DNA of 64,000 bases from a virus (lineage: Duplodnaviria > Heunggongvirae > Uroviricota > Caudoviricetes): the IMG/VR virus record IMGVR_UViG_3300044796_000394; one strand, 5' to 3'. The notes beneath the pieces were generated by a model that was not told the origin of the DNA, ran no database searches, and saw nothing but the letters and a program-made list of their open reading frames with translations. The translations under genes were made by a program, and so were the position numbers. This document shows, in pieces, positions 19,129 through 28,861 of this stretch. Position 1 is the stretch's first letter. Each line of letters opens with the position of its first letter.

Positions 19129-20008
19129 TACTTTCAGCTAATGCTAGTTTGAGATTCGTGTAATAAATGTGTCTGTATTTCTTCTCAAAGTAATTAGTGG
19201 CTCTTTCAGGTTTGAAGCCTTTGATTTTATTTTTGAGTGGAACCAAATGCATGACATTGTCACAAATGTCAAAAAAGTTAATGGGGTGGTGTTTGTGCCA
19301 TACGCCGATACTAGGTGTGGTTGTTGTTCCGGCAACGTGTAACGGGCCAGAATCTATGCCAACGTAAAGTTTGGCCCTACCAATCAATGCTGCCAATGTA
19401 CCAGCACTTGAATTTTTAACGCCCCCCCAAATTGGATTTTTGGCGTCGGGATTGAATATGGTTTTGTTGTCTGGAAGTGGTGACTCTTTTTTCCAATCTA
19501 AGATCACTGGTGTACAATTCATTCCTTTGACACACTTACAGATAAACCTTGCGTCGGCATGTGTGAGGCTCTTGGCTGTTTTGAGTGTCTTAGCCAAATA
19601 GTGAATTAGTACAAATGGTTTATCTGGCAGAGTTTTGATGAAATCGTCAGCTAATTGATGCTCATGAGGCTGGATTGTAATATCGTAGCCTTCATAGAGC
19701 TTTTCAATTGGCTTAACTTTTAATACGTGCTTCAAAAATTGCGTAGGCTTAGTGGAAGGTAAATTACTGCAACAACTCTTTGGAATTGGCCAAAGAATAT
19801 CTAAAATTTCGTCATAAGAACGACTTTCATATTGATCAATTTTTCTACGAAAGATGTTTCCGACTTTGCCTAGAAAGTAAGATTCCTTTCCGGAGCCGAC
19901 TTCAATATCCAGATTCCAATGAGGAAAGTAATGTGCAATATGCCGCATCACAATTGAAAATTGGGCATTGTCGCCCAAACCGTGCCTCATCTTAAACAAA
20001 ACTCGCAT
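19103..20008 (-). CDS. glycosyltransferase family 9-like
   Basis: HGLGDN, YVGIDSGPLHVAG. Confidence 0.8.
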   Translation of the reverse strand: MRVLFKMRHGLGDNAQFSIVMRHIAHYFPHWNLDIEVGSGKESYFLGKVGNIFRRKIDQYESRSYDEILDILWPIPKSCCSNLPSTKPTQFLKHVLKVKPIEKLYEGYDITIQPHEHQLADDFIKTLPDKPFVLIHYLAKTLKTAKSLTHADARFICKCVKGMNCTPVILDWKKESPLPDNKTIFNPDAKNPIWGGVKNSSAGTLAALIGRAKLYVGIDSGPLHVAGTTTTPSIGVWHKHHPINFFDICDNVMHLVPLKNKIKGFKPERATNYFEKKYRHIYYTNLKLALAESITELLQKP

Positions 20009-20024
20009 ACTCTATGAAAGTAAG

Positions 20025-21011
20025 TTAAATCATATTCGGCGAACCACCGAGAAAATGTCTAACTCTTTGCCCTCTCATAAGACCGTCATATATCTCCTTA
20101 TTGATCATATCCTGTAGCTGATATGGAGTTCCTCGCCAATCTTCGTGCGGGCCAATGAAATCACTATCTTTCATTGGTGGCAACGCAAGCAATGGCGGAC
20201 GACTCAATCCAAGGGTTTTTTCGCCAAATGCTAAATCATCGATGTGTTCACCGAGTATTGAAATTTCTGCCGTAAACTTTTCCCGCATCCGTGGTTTACT
20301 ATTAAAGATTTTCGGTTGCGGCAAATTGGAAAGAGGATCGGCATCAACACCCAATAACCGACATCGTAATATATTCCATTCGTCCAACGGCATTTCGTTG
20401 ACGTTGATACGGTAATCATTTGTGAAAAGGTCTAATGTTGGTGCAACATCGGGAGCACAATTATGAATTAGATCGTAAGTTAAACAAATCGCTACTCCCA
20501 TCCAAAAGTTGGGATTGTTCAACGGAAACACTTTTTGGTTACGAGTGATCTTATCGAGTATGGTTGGCGGGCTGCGGTGATACGTTTTAACATATCGACA
20601 TTGCCCGTGCAATAAATTCCGATAGTGATGACTTAGATCACGGATACTATGAAATTGGTGTTGGGCGAGATGTTCACTTTTGCCAAAGATTGCCCAAGGA
20701 ATTACGCTGACGCTACGACTTCCCGCAACAAAAAGTGTGCGATATGACAAAAAGCCGTTAACTCTATCAAACATATCACATACCGTTTCACCCCATTCAC
20801 ACCAATGCTGCCGACGGCGGAAGCGGGAATCTTCGGGGTACGTATCGATATGCGCAAAGTATTTTTTCAAGAAAAAGGTTTTCTTGAGAGCGCCTTTCGG
20901 TATAGCGAACTCCAGAACGTGATATTCGGTATCATCGACTACTTCGATGCTTGATGAGACATTGCCGTTATGGAAGGCTTCTTTTGGTGTCATAATGTTG
21001 CTATTTTGCAA
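20025..21011 (-). CDS. hypothetical protein
   Basis: 328-aa ORF inside glycan cluster; no motif recognised. Confidence 0.65.
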   Translation of the reverse strand: MQNSNIMTPKEAFHNGNVSSSIEVVDDTEYHVLEFAIPKGALKKTFFLKKYFAHIDTYPEDSRFRRRQHWCEWGETVCDMFDRVNGFLSYRTLFVAGSRSVSVIPWAIFGKSEHLAQHQFHSIRDLSHHYRNLLHGQCRYVKTYHRSPPTILDKITRNQKVFPLNNPNFWMGVAICLTYDLIHNCAPDVAPTLDLFTNDYRINVNEMPLDEWNILRCRLLGVDADPLSNLPQPKIFNSKPRMREKFTAEISILGEHIDDLAFGEKTLGLSRPPLLALPPMKDSDFIGPHEDWRGTPYQLQDMINKEIYDGLMRGQRVRHFLGGSPNMI

Positions 21012-21031
21012 ATTTAAGGTATACTAAACCC

Positions 21032-21916
21032 ATGAGCAAATTTCTAATTACCGGTGCTAGTGGTTTCATAGGATCAAATCTAGTAAATAACTTACTAGAC
21101 ATGGGGCATGAAGTCACATGCATCGGAAGAATAGACGAACAACCAGTTCGATGTCTATCATACACTTTCCATGACATTAATTGGAAGAGCATTGGGCAGA
21201 TTGATGGTATATTTCATCAAGCGGCAATCACCAATACGCTTCATCCCAACAAAACAGATTTTAACTTAATAAACTTTGAATACACGAAGTCACTGTTTGA
21301 GGCGGCTAAGCATAATGTCAAATCTATTGTGTACGCAAGTTCCTGTGGCGTTTACGGCGATGTTCCCACCCCATTTAGGGAAGATGGCCCCACCAAGCCA
21401 CTCAATCTGTACAGTCAATCTAAATTGGATCTTGATCAATGGGCAATGAAATGGTCTCTTGCAAATCGTGTTAAGGTCGTTGGCCTCAGATATAGCAACG
21501 TGTACGGTGCTGGCGAATCACACAAGGGCAAGAGTGCCAGTATGATTTACCAATTGGCCAAAAGTATCAGTCGGGGAATTCGTCCTAGATTATTTGAACA
21601 TGGCGAACAAAAGAGAGATTTCGTTTACATTGAAGATGTCATGACAGCAAATCGTTTGGCTTTAAGTGCTCCGTCCGGTGTCTACAATGTTGGCTCTGGA
21701 TCAGCTACCTCGTTCAATGATATTGTTAATCATCTAAATGCCACCTTAAGCACAGATGTTAAACCTGAATACTTCCCCAATCCACATCAATCAGTTTACC
21801 AAAATTCTACATTGTGCGATTTGAGTTTATCAAAAGATCGTTTGTGCTATTTCCCTCTGTACGACATTGCTTCTGGCATCAAAGCATATCACCAATCGGG
21901 AAAGCTAGTCTCTTAA
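21032..21916 (+). CDS. hldD: ADP-L-glycero-D-manno-heptose 6-epimerase-like extended SDR
   Basis: ITGASGFIGSNL, YSQSK (YxxxK), GLRYSNVYGAGESHKG, QKRDFVYIEDV. Confidence 0.8.
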   Translation: MSKFLITGASGFIGSNLVNNLLDMGHEVTCIGRIDEQPVRCLSYTFHDINWKSIGQIDGIFHQAAITNTLHPNKTDFNLINFEYTKSLFEAAKHNVKSIVYASSCGVYGDVPTPFREDGPTKPLNLYSQSKLDLDQWAMKWSLANRVKVVGLRYSNVYGAGESHKGKSASMIYQLAKSISRGIRPRLFEHGEQKRDFVYIEDVMTANRLALSAPSGVYNVGSGSATSFNDIVNHLNATLSTDVKPEYFPNPHQSVYQNSTLCDLSLSKDRLCYFPLYDIASGIKAYHQSGKLVS

Positions 21917-22759
21917 GCCGCTGGTCGTATTAATAGCAACCGGCAAGCCCATAATTTTGACGCCGAATTTGTCCGGATGAACCGGCAGAGTACCTTGCGA
22001 CACTTCTCTTTTTATCCAAATCGGCAATATGTCACCCGGTAACATTGTCCCAATTTCCAATGGTTCACGACGAGCATTGGTGTCAAACACAACGCCAGTT
22101 GGTGGATTGTTTGATATTCCTATGTTCGGAGCAGTGCTGTTAATTGGCCCGCCATAGCCGATACGTGTAATCCGAACATTCAAACCTTGATCATCAACTA
22201 CTCTAAGCAATTCTTGCGCTCGCCCTTTTGCGGTACCCGAAAACGTAATAATAAAATCATATGAATCGCTTGTTCTTTGGCCCAAACAAGTCACGCCTGT
22301 CAAATTCCCCAGAGAGTTGATTAGAGCCGCAATCCGTTGAGACATAAATGCGGTGTCTGGTACCCATAGAATATCCCGTGTTTGGGTAGTTTTTGTACCT
22401 TGTGCAGAAGATTCTGTATAAGCCAATCGGAATGAACCACCAACTGGACTTCCGGGTATTGTAATGGCTTGTACATCATTGGTAAAAGCAAATCCTAATT
22501 CAATATCAGCACCTTTATCTGCTTCTTTGGTCAAAAATACACTGGCATTTTTGAGTTTTTCAATAGAAGACAAGAGTTTAACATAGATACAACGGTAATC
22601 AATTGAACCATCAATTGTTTGCTCTCTGGTTACGTCATCGAATAAATTGTTAAATATTTTTTTGACTGGCGAGCGAGATGGTTCACCGCCAATAGATAAC
22701 AATGGATCTGAATTGTGCTGTCCGCCGGATAGCATAAACTCAATGTCTTTTTCAGTCAT
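21905..22759 (-). CDS. probable virion (tail/baseplate-region) protein
   Basis: LSGGQHNSDPLLSIGG..NLFDDV..YRCIYV pattern typical of myophage structural proteins. Confidence 0.55.
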   Translation of the reverse strand: MTEKDIEFMLSGGQHNSDPLLSIGGEPSRSPVKKIFNNLFDDVTREQTIDGSIDYRCIYVKLLSSIEKLKNASVFLTKEADKGADIELGFAFTNDVQAITIPGSPVGGSFRLAYTESSAQGTKTTQTRDILWVPDTAFMSQRIAALINSLGNLTGVTCLGQRTSDSYDFIITFSGTAKGRAQELLRVVDDQGLNVRITRIGYGGPINSTAPNIGISNNPPTGVVFDTNARREPLEIGTMLPGDILPIWIKREVSQGTLPVHPDKFGVKIMGLPVAINTTSGLRD

Positions 22760-22860
22760 TTGGTCTATATACCTTTATAGAAATTTGTAGCCTTGTGTAT
22801 ATATGTCATATCGTTGCAAGTGCCGATTGTACATTGGGTTGACTAGGAGAATACAGAAAC

Positions 22861-23877
22861 ATGATGAATTATCAAACATACAAACTCCTTAACGAAACTT
22901 TGGGTTTGTCGGCTCTTGGTGTTAAGTCCCCCCACAACTTGGGAATTGGCGCAGCACCATCGGGCTGGAGTGAAGCGGGTATGCTGCCTCCAGTGGGTGG
23001 GGCACTTAGCGGTGGCAATCCTTTTGGCGGCGTTGGTGGTGGCGGTGAAGCCCCTGCTCCCGGTGCCGATGATATGGGCGGCGATGACATGAATGCTGAT
23101 CCTGATGCCGGTGACGATCAAGGTGATCAAGGTGATAAAGATCCAGCCGATATGTCTCACGAAGAATTGGTTGCTGCTTTAACTGATTTGGGACACGAAG
23201 AAGACGAACTTGAAGGCAAAGAAGACGACGAACTCCGTGATATGCTCGTCCAAGCCCAAGCCGAACAAGGCGATGATAGTGGCGACGGCGAAACCGATGC
23301 CGATCTGGATGCCGATCACGGCGACGATATGGGTGATGCTTCAGCGGGTAGTGGTGATGACAATCTCGTACCTAATAAGAAGCCAGTTAGCCCATTCATG
23401 AAGGCTTTTATGAAGAAAGAAGCCGCTGAAGCTAAGGCCAATGACAAAGAAGACAAAAAGGGCAAAGACGACGGCAAGCCTACTTTCATGATGAAGAAAA
23501 AGTGCGGTTCCGGCATGGATGATAAGAAGATGGTTATTGGCAGCAAGAACTGCAAAGGGTGCAAAGACAATATGAAGAAAGAAAATACCGCTGGTGATTA
23601 CGCTCGTCCAAAGAGTTACGATGGCAGCGAAGCGGCCTTCAAGAAGAGCATTCGTGAACAACTCGCTGCTACCAATGTTAATCAAAAATTCAACGATGGT
23701 ATGCGAGATTTCAAAAAGGAAGATTTGCTGATTATGCCAAATCCCCTTGAAACCCCTGCTATGTCTCAACCCGGCGAAGCAGGTTTTGCACCACAGGGCA
23801 AGATTGGTGACTTAGGATTTACTGCGGAAGCCGTTGCCAGTATGATGAAGCGAATTGAAAAATTGGAAAAGAAATAA
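22861..23877 (+). CDS. low-complexity acidic/basic protein, possible prohead core/scaffold
   Basis: G-rich, D/E-rich and K/M-rich blocks; SD AGGAG; own terminator. Confidence 0.6.
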   Translation: MMNYQTYKLLNETLGLSALGVKSPHNLGIGAAPSGWSEAGMLPPVGGALSGGNPFGGVGGGGEAPAPGADDMGGDDMNADPDAGDDQGDQGDKDPADMSHEELVAALTDLGHEEDELEGKEDDELRDMLVQAQAEQGDDSGDGETDADLDADHGDDMGDASAGSGDDNLVPNKKPVSPFMKAFMKKEAAEAKANDKEDKKGKDDGKPTFMMKKKCGSGMDDKKMVIGSKNCKGCKDNMKKENTAGDYARPKSYDGSEAAFKKSIREQLAATNVNQKFNDGMRDFKKEDLLIMPNPLETPAMSQPGEAGFAPQGKIGDLGFTAEAVASMMKRIEKLEKK

Positions 23878-23883
23878 CTCATC

Positions 23884-23912
23884 AAAAAAAGCCCGCATTT
23901 GCGGGCTTTTTT
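23884..23912. terminator. bidirectional intrinsic terminator
   Basis: A7 GCCCGC-attt-GCGGGC T6. Confidence 0.9.
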
Positions 23913-24072
23913 ATTTGGGTTCACAATATTATACTACTGTGCAAGTTAATACAAGGAAAATATGGACAAGACGAGATATTTGAATTTTTGGCTCTTGAGA
24001 GCTGAAATAAGGAGACGATTAGTAGAAGAAAAAACCAAAGAAGTTAAAGTGGTCTACAAAAAGTCTTGATAC

Positions 24073-24097
24073 AAGCCCCGCTAAGCGGGGCTTTTTT
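24073..24097. terminator. intrinsic terminator
   Basis: AAGCCCCGC-taa-GCGGGGC T6. Confidence 0.85.
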
Positions 24098-24761
24098 ATT
24101 TGCATTTCCATTGATTACGGCAAACAATCTCTTTCCAATCTTCTTTTTTCTTTGGTAATTTTTTTTCAAGAAGCCAAGAGGGATCAAAAATAGGTGTCTT
24201 TTTCAAGAGCTCTAATGTCCAAGTTTGAGTTTCTTGATAGGGCAACTTGGATGTTTCGTGGATTGATCCCGGCCCCACAAAGAGGCCACCGTCGCCTCGA
24301 ATGTCCAAGTTATATTTAACGCCGTCTTTGACTATTTTTTGAACATTACGAATACTTCTGTTCATTGGATGCCGATAAATGTAATGTGTACCGTGTCCGG
24401 AACCGCTGACCTGCATGAGTGGTGTAGGTGGACATGCTTTTTGTACGACTTGCTCAGCGGCCTCATCGTCGGCATCTACAACGATAATACCAGAAATTTT
24501 GCCTGTGATAATGGCATAATTCAAACCGGCATACCTTTGATACCAATAAACAATTTGGTCTAAGCTGGCTCGTTCTGATTGATAGGGCTTCCATCGTTCT
24601 ACGGTACACCCTTTGTTGGATGCTCCCTTAACGAGTGGCGGTGATATGGAGAAGCCGAGATTGCATAATCGCAAAGCATTTTCAAAGATCAGTCTATGAT
24701 TCATAAATATGATATGGGTTCTTTCAAAAAATGGCTTGAGTCTGCTGATCAACAACGACAA
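24096..24761 (-). CDS. bifunctional primase/polymerase (Prim-Pol) N-terminal domain protein
   Basis: IITGKISGIIVVDADD, GTHYIYR, LDIRGDGGLFVGPGSIH; real start possibly ATG 24704. Confidence 0.8.
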   Translation of the reverse strand: MSLLISRLKPFFERTHIIFMNHRLIFENALRLCNLGFSISPPLVKGASNKGCTVERWKPYQSERASLDQIVYWYQRYAGLNYAIITGKISGIIVVDADDEAAEQVVQKACPPTPLMQVSGSGHGTHYIYRHPMNRSIRNVQKIVKDGVKYNLDIRGDGGLFVGPGSIHETSKLPYQETQTWTLELLKKTPIFDPSWLLEKKLPKKKEDWKEIVCRNQWKCK

Positions 24762-24844
24762 AAAGATAAGGCTTCCCTCGCTCTGAAAAAACCAGAAGTG
24801 AGAGATAGCCTAATATCTCGTTACGGTGGATTTTTGAAGAAAAC

Positions 24845-25522
24845 TTAATACATGTCTTCCCCGACGTTTTCGTTTTCAATGACTTCGTAATCATCGTAGT
24901 AACCGAATCGTTTTGAGAAAAAGTCTCTCAGTAATCTAACGTCCAGATGGGATACTTGATGCCCACCGTGGTATCTTTCTACAAAGTCCACTGGATATTT
25001 TTGCTTTTGAAGTGCCTTTTGCATTGGTACATATCGTTCGTCCCACTTGAAACAATTATCATCCATGTTGTGTTGGACGATGAGCGGCGCACCGGTAGGG
25101 CATTTTGGCAATTGTTTCGGATTGAGAATTGCACCAGCCAAACACACACCACCTGCCAATGGCTCAACGCTATGTGCCATGACGTTAATTGTCATAACAC
25201 CACCTGCCGAGAAGCCCATAATGCCGATTTCGTTTCGCTTAAAGCCCCAACCGTTTTGGATGGTACTAATTGCCTTTTCGATCACGGCACGGGCAGCAGG
25301 CAAGCCTTCTACAGCGTCGTTTTGATCGTGGATGCCGTTTGGTTGAGGGTACCATTCAAGATTGTTTGGCTCTAGAATGACGGCCATACTTCGCCATAAG
25401 CCACTATGCTCGAAGATGGATTCCATGTAAGAAGTGGGAATTCCACGCCCCGGCAAAGCCAACATACAACCCACTGGCTTTGTACCAGAAACGGGTTCAA
25501 TAACCGTCCATTTAGAAAGCAT
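24845..25522 (-). CDS. phospholipase/carboxylesterase (alpha/beta hydrolase)
   Basis: GFSAGG nucleophile elbow, HNMDD, GGHQV. Confidence 0.85.
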   Translation of the reverse strand: MLSKWTVIEPVSGTKPVGCMLALPGRGIPTSYMESIFEHSGLWRSMAVILEPNNLEWYPQPNGIHDQNDAVEGLPAARAVIEKAISTIQNGWGFKRNEIGIMGFSAGGVMTINVMAHSVEPLAGGVCLAGAILNPKQLPKCPTGAPLIVQHNMDDNCFKWDERYVPMQKALQKQKYPVDFVERYHGGHQVSHLDVRLLRDFFSKRFGYYDDYEVIENENVGEDMY

Positions 25523-25548
25523 GACAACTCCGAAAATATGTACGTATT

Positions 25549-25577
25549 AAGGCCACCGATCAAAAGATCGGTGGCTT
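25549..25577 (-). terminator. intrinsic terminator hairpin
   Basis: GCCACCGATC-aaaa-GATCGGTGGC after amidoligase stop. Confidence 0.7.
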
Positions 25578-25588
25578 AGAGACGACGA

Positions 25589-26551
25589 TTAGAAACCCCA
25601 TGCCGTTGCGAGGTCAGTCCACGTTGCGGTGCAGTGTCGCTTGCCGTTGATGGGTTCGCAAGCCAACAGCAATTCTTCGTACAGCTTGGCGGGCATGTAC
25701 TTCTTCACCAACCCGTTCAAGAAGGTTTTGCCCAACTTCTTGTCGGAATTGTTAATTGCGTTTTTGAGGTCTTCCACCTTGTAGGCGGTGCAGGTCTGTT
25801 CATCTTTCCAGAGTTCCAGATGCTTCTTTTCGGCGACGAAATCGACCGTGAACTTGCTCAACCGATAAATCAGTTGAACGAGGGCCGGACTGCGGAGCCA
25901 GAAGTTGCCGGTTGCTCGGTATTCAACGCCGTAATCCTTCGGACGGTGGGTACCGGCGTTCCCATAGAGCTTCCGACGAGCGGCGCTGGTTGGGTCTTGA
26001 TCCATCCACAGGGAGGGAATGCCGACGAACAAATCCATCATGCGTACCACCCACACCCGACCCCAAGGGCGTGCTTGGCCTTCGTCTTGGTCTTCCGGGG
26101 CAGTTAACGGGTACACTTGGTCGGCAAAGCCCAAGTGGATGTGCCCGCCCGCCGAACGGAATGTGGTTTCGCAGCTCGGTGCTTGAACCATTGCCATTTC
26201 GTAGGCATCGAATTCGGGTTCGCAGCCGAAGACCAGTGCGTCGGGGTGTTGGCATTCCGATTTCGGATATTCGCCCGAAGCACGCAGTTCCAATTGATAT
26301 GGGTACACTGCCTTGGAAAGACGATACAAGCAATCCTTGATGGTAGCGACCAGTGCGGCATCGCTATCAGCGGGATTGATGTTAACTTCGACGTTCACGT
26401 TGTCCGGAAACGCCTTGCCGCCGTTCCCCAAATCGAGTTTCTTTTCCTTGTTACCGTGAATCACGCCGATGGCGGATTTCAGGTAGCCGGTTTTGGGATC
26501 GCAGAGCATCATCTCCGGATCGGTGCCCACAAGCAGTTTCGTCTTCGCCAT
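25589..26551 (-). CDS. phiEco32-like COOH-NH2 ligase type 2 (amidoligase)
   Basis: VGTDPEM, DNVNVEVN, GCEPEFDAY, RSAGGHIHLG, YGVEYRATGNFW; SD AAGGGAG. Confidence 0.85.
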   Translation of the reverse strand: MAKTKLLVGTDPEMMLCDPKTGYLKSAIGVIHGNKEKKLDLGNGGKAFPDNVNVEVNINPADSDAALVATIKDCLYRLSKAVYPYQLELRASGEYPKSECQHPDALVFGCEPEFDAYEMAMVQAPSCETTFRSAGGHIHLGFADQVYPLTAPEDQDEGQARPWGRVWVVRMMDLFVGIPSLWMDQDPTSAARRKLYGNAGTHRPKDYGVEYRATGNFWLRSPALVQLIYRLSKFTVDFVAEKKHLELWKDEQTCTAYKVEDLKNAINNSDKKLGKTFLNGLVKKYMPAKLYEELLLACEPINGKRHCTATWTDLATAWGF

Positions 26552-26564
26552 GACTGTCGCTCCC

Positions 26565-27389
26565 TTAAGGTTTAATCGCCGTAGTAGTCGCACCGACCAT
26601 CGATGAAACTACCTTTTCTTCCACCTTTTTCTTTTCGTCAATACTCTTTCGTGTCCAATACTTGCACACGTTTTGCGTTGCGCCACTGGCAAAACCGCAA
26701 ATCCCGGCACTGTTGTGCATAGTACTAATTGGCACTTTCGCCGGGTAATTCTTCTGAGTATCGATGAAGAAGAACTTACGATAACCCATCTTTAGTATCT
26801 TTTCTATCCCTTTCAACGCCTGCGAAACCTGATGCTGATCGTTAGTTTGGTATGCGGGTATTTTTCCTGAACCCACGCCTCTTAACGTTACCATAAAGTC
26901 AGTGCCGGGCTTATGTACGAAGCCAACTCGCAACATAAGGCTGTACATGCTAACCATGACCGGTGAATTGAACCACTTGCCCGATCCGCTAATGCGATAT
27001 GCACCCGTTTTAGCGTATCTTGAAGGGGGATTCGATACCTTCCAAATTCTGGTCGGCTTTAATTTGAGTTTTTGTTCTACCTGATTTAGAAAATCAAGCA
27101 CCCCCTGAATTTTTTCATTGAATTTCTTATCACGAGAATTAACCACCACCAACCGAATCCTATCCATCGATATTTTCGGCATTGTGGCCGGGTTATAGGT
27201 AAAACCGTAAATGGATGCCGTGCGGTTATTCAGATGCCCTTGAACGGCATCTTGAATAAAGTCCTTGCAGAAAACAAAAGGATGGCATTGCTCATTGTTC
27301 GCATTGACCAAACAGTACTGCAGTCCCGTGTCATAGATTTCGGAAATGCTCTGACTCGTTTTCAGCCACTTGATTTCAATTTCCTTCAT
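26565..27389 (-). CDS. hypothetical protein co-oriented with amidoligase
   Basis: ATG 27389 with G-rich SD; stop 14 nt before amidoligase start. Confidence 0.7.
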   Translation of the reverse strand: MKEIEIKWLKTSQSISEIYDTGLQYCLVNANNEQCHPFVFCKDFIQDAVQGHLNNRTASIYGFTYNPATMPKISMDRIRLVVVNSRDKKFNEKIQGVLDFLNQVEQKLKLKPTRIWKVSNPPSRYAKTGAYRISGSGKWFNSPVMVSMYSLMLRVGFVHKPGTDFMVTLRGVGSGKIPAYQTNDQHQVSQALKGIEKILKMGYRKFFFIDTQKNYPAKVPISTMHNSAGICGFASGATQNVCKYWTRKSIDEKKKVEEKVVSSMVGATTTAIKP

Positions 27390-27438
27390 TTGATTTCCCC
27401 CAATTACAGAATTCAGTCTCCCAACAATACATACGAAT

Positions 27439-27750
27439 ATGGACAGTTTCAAGCTATTCGAGACAGTAGAACGACATACAGAACACGAAGTTCTCAACAT
27501 GTACTACAGCCGAAACCAATACAAAATTGCCGACATTAGTGAATTAACTGGCCTCTCCACCGCTGGCATTTATCGCATCCTTCAAAAACACGAAATTGTA
27601 CCACAACGACGTACAGCCAATGCTGGTCAATATGAAACCATTTATCATTTTGCCGATACAGGAGTTCCCGCTAAGAGAATTGCTGAGTTATCAGGTTATT
27701 CTTTGAGACAAGTTTACAATATCTTAAATTCCCGCACCCAATCAATTTGA
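27439..27750 (+). CDS. tandem helix-turn-helix protein
   Basis: IADISELTGLSTAGIYRIL and AKRIAELSGYSLRQVYNIL. Confidence 0.75.
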   Translation: MDSFKLFETVERHTEHEVLNMYYSRNQYKIADISELTGLSTAGIYRILQKHEIVPQRRTANAGQYETIYHFADTGVPAKRIAELSGYSLRQVYNILNSRTQSI

Positions 27751-27787
27751 TATTACTTTATTAGAGTAAATCAACAGATTGGAAAAT

Positions 27788-28861
27788 ATGTCTATTTGTT
27801 TAACGATGATCGTCAAAAACGAAGGCGCTATTATTGAGCGAGCGTTGGCATCGGTTAAAAATCACATTGCTCATTACATCATTTGTGATACCGGTAGCAC
27901 AGACGATACAGTAGTAAAAATTAAGCAAGTTTTACATGACGTACCGGGCCAAATTTTACATCACGATTGGGTTAACTTTTCGCACAATAAAAATCTTGCA
28001 ATTGATATAGCTGCCACTACGAGATGTGACTGGATTTTACTTTTAGATGCCGATGAAGCTCTTATTGTTAACAATAATACCCTAGATCAGCTTTTGGACA
28101 AAGAAGTTGATAGTTATTTGGTTACATTGAAGACCATGAACACCAATAACGTCTACAAAAAACGTAAAATCTTACGCTCCAACTCACAGTGCCGCTTTGA
28201 GGGCGCAACGCACGAAGTATTGGTAAAAAAAGAATTTGTTAAAGATGCTGATTTGATAGGTGCTGAAATTGCCGAATTCAATGATTCTTCAAGGCGTTTG
28301 GGTGGCTTGAAATACATTGACGATTTAATGATTTTGGAAAAGGACTTCAATACAAATCCAACGCCAAGAAAGTGCTTCTATTTAGCACGTACATATTACG
28401 ATATGGGATTTTACAATCCTGCTGCTTTGTATTTTGAAAAAAGAATTAAGATGGGAGAATGGGAAGAAGAAGTTTATTATTCGATGTACCAATTAGCCAA
28501 TTGTCAATGGAATCTTACGCACGACATTTGGAAGTGCTTTGATTTGTTTATAGCGTCGTACAACTACCGCCCCAGTCGATCTGAGGCTTTGGCTGATCTT
28601 GCACAATATTTAGAACAGGCGAAGATGTGGAATACGTTGTACCATGTGACGAAAGGGGAATTCGCCTTATCACAAGATATGTTATTTGTAAACAGCTCAG
28701 CCCATTGGCGGATCATCGAAAAGCACGCTTTCGCTGCTTATTACTTAGGTGATCGCCAAAAGGCTAAAATGTTATTACAGCGAATTATTGATTCTCAAAC
28801 TTTGGATGCCAATCAAGCCCAAACCCTTGCTAAGAATTTGGCTATTATGAATTCGGTCTAA
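27788..28861 (+). CDS. glycosyltransferase family 2 with TPR-like C-terminus
   Basis: ICLTMIVKNEG, CDTGSTDDT, LLLDADE, FEGATHE, FYLARTY. Confidence 0.9.
   Translation: MSICLTMIVKNEGAIIERALASVKNHIAHYIICDTGSTDDTVVKIKQVLHDVPGQILHHDWVNFSHNKNLAIDIAATTRCDWILLLDADEALIVNNNTLDQLLDKEVDSYLVTLKTMNTNNVYKKRKILRSNSQCRFEGATHEVLVKKEFVKDADLIGAEIAEFNDSSRRLGGLKYIDDLMILEKDFNTNPTPRKCFYLARTYYDMGFYNPAALYFEKRIKMGEWEEEVYYSMYQLANCQWNLTHDIWKCFDLFIASYNYRPSRSEALADLAQYLEQAKMWNTLYHVTKGEFALSQDMLFVNSSAHWRIIEKHAFAAYYLGDRQKAKMLLQRIIDSQTLDANQAQTLAKNLAIMNSV

Noticed and set aside
25634-26575. Long alternative-frame ORFs over the amidoligase
   Set aside because: Shadow ORFs expected from locally higher GC; no motifs.
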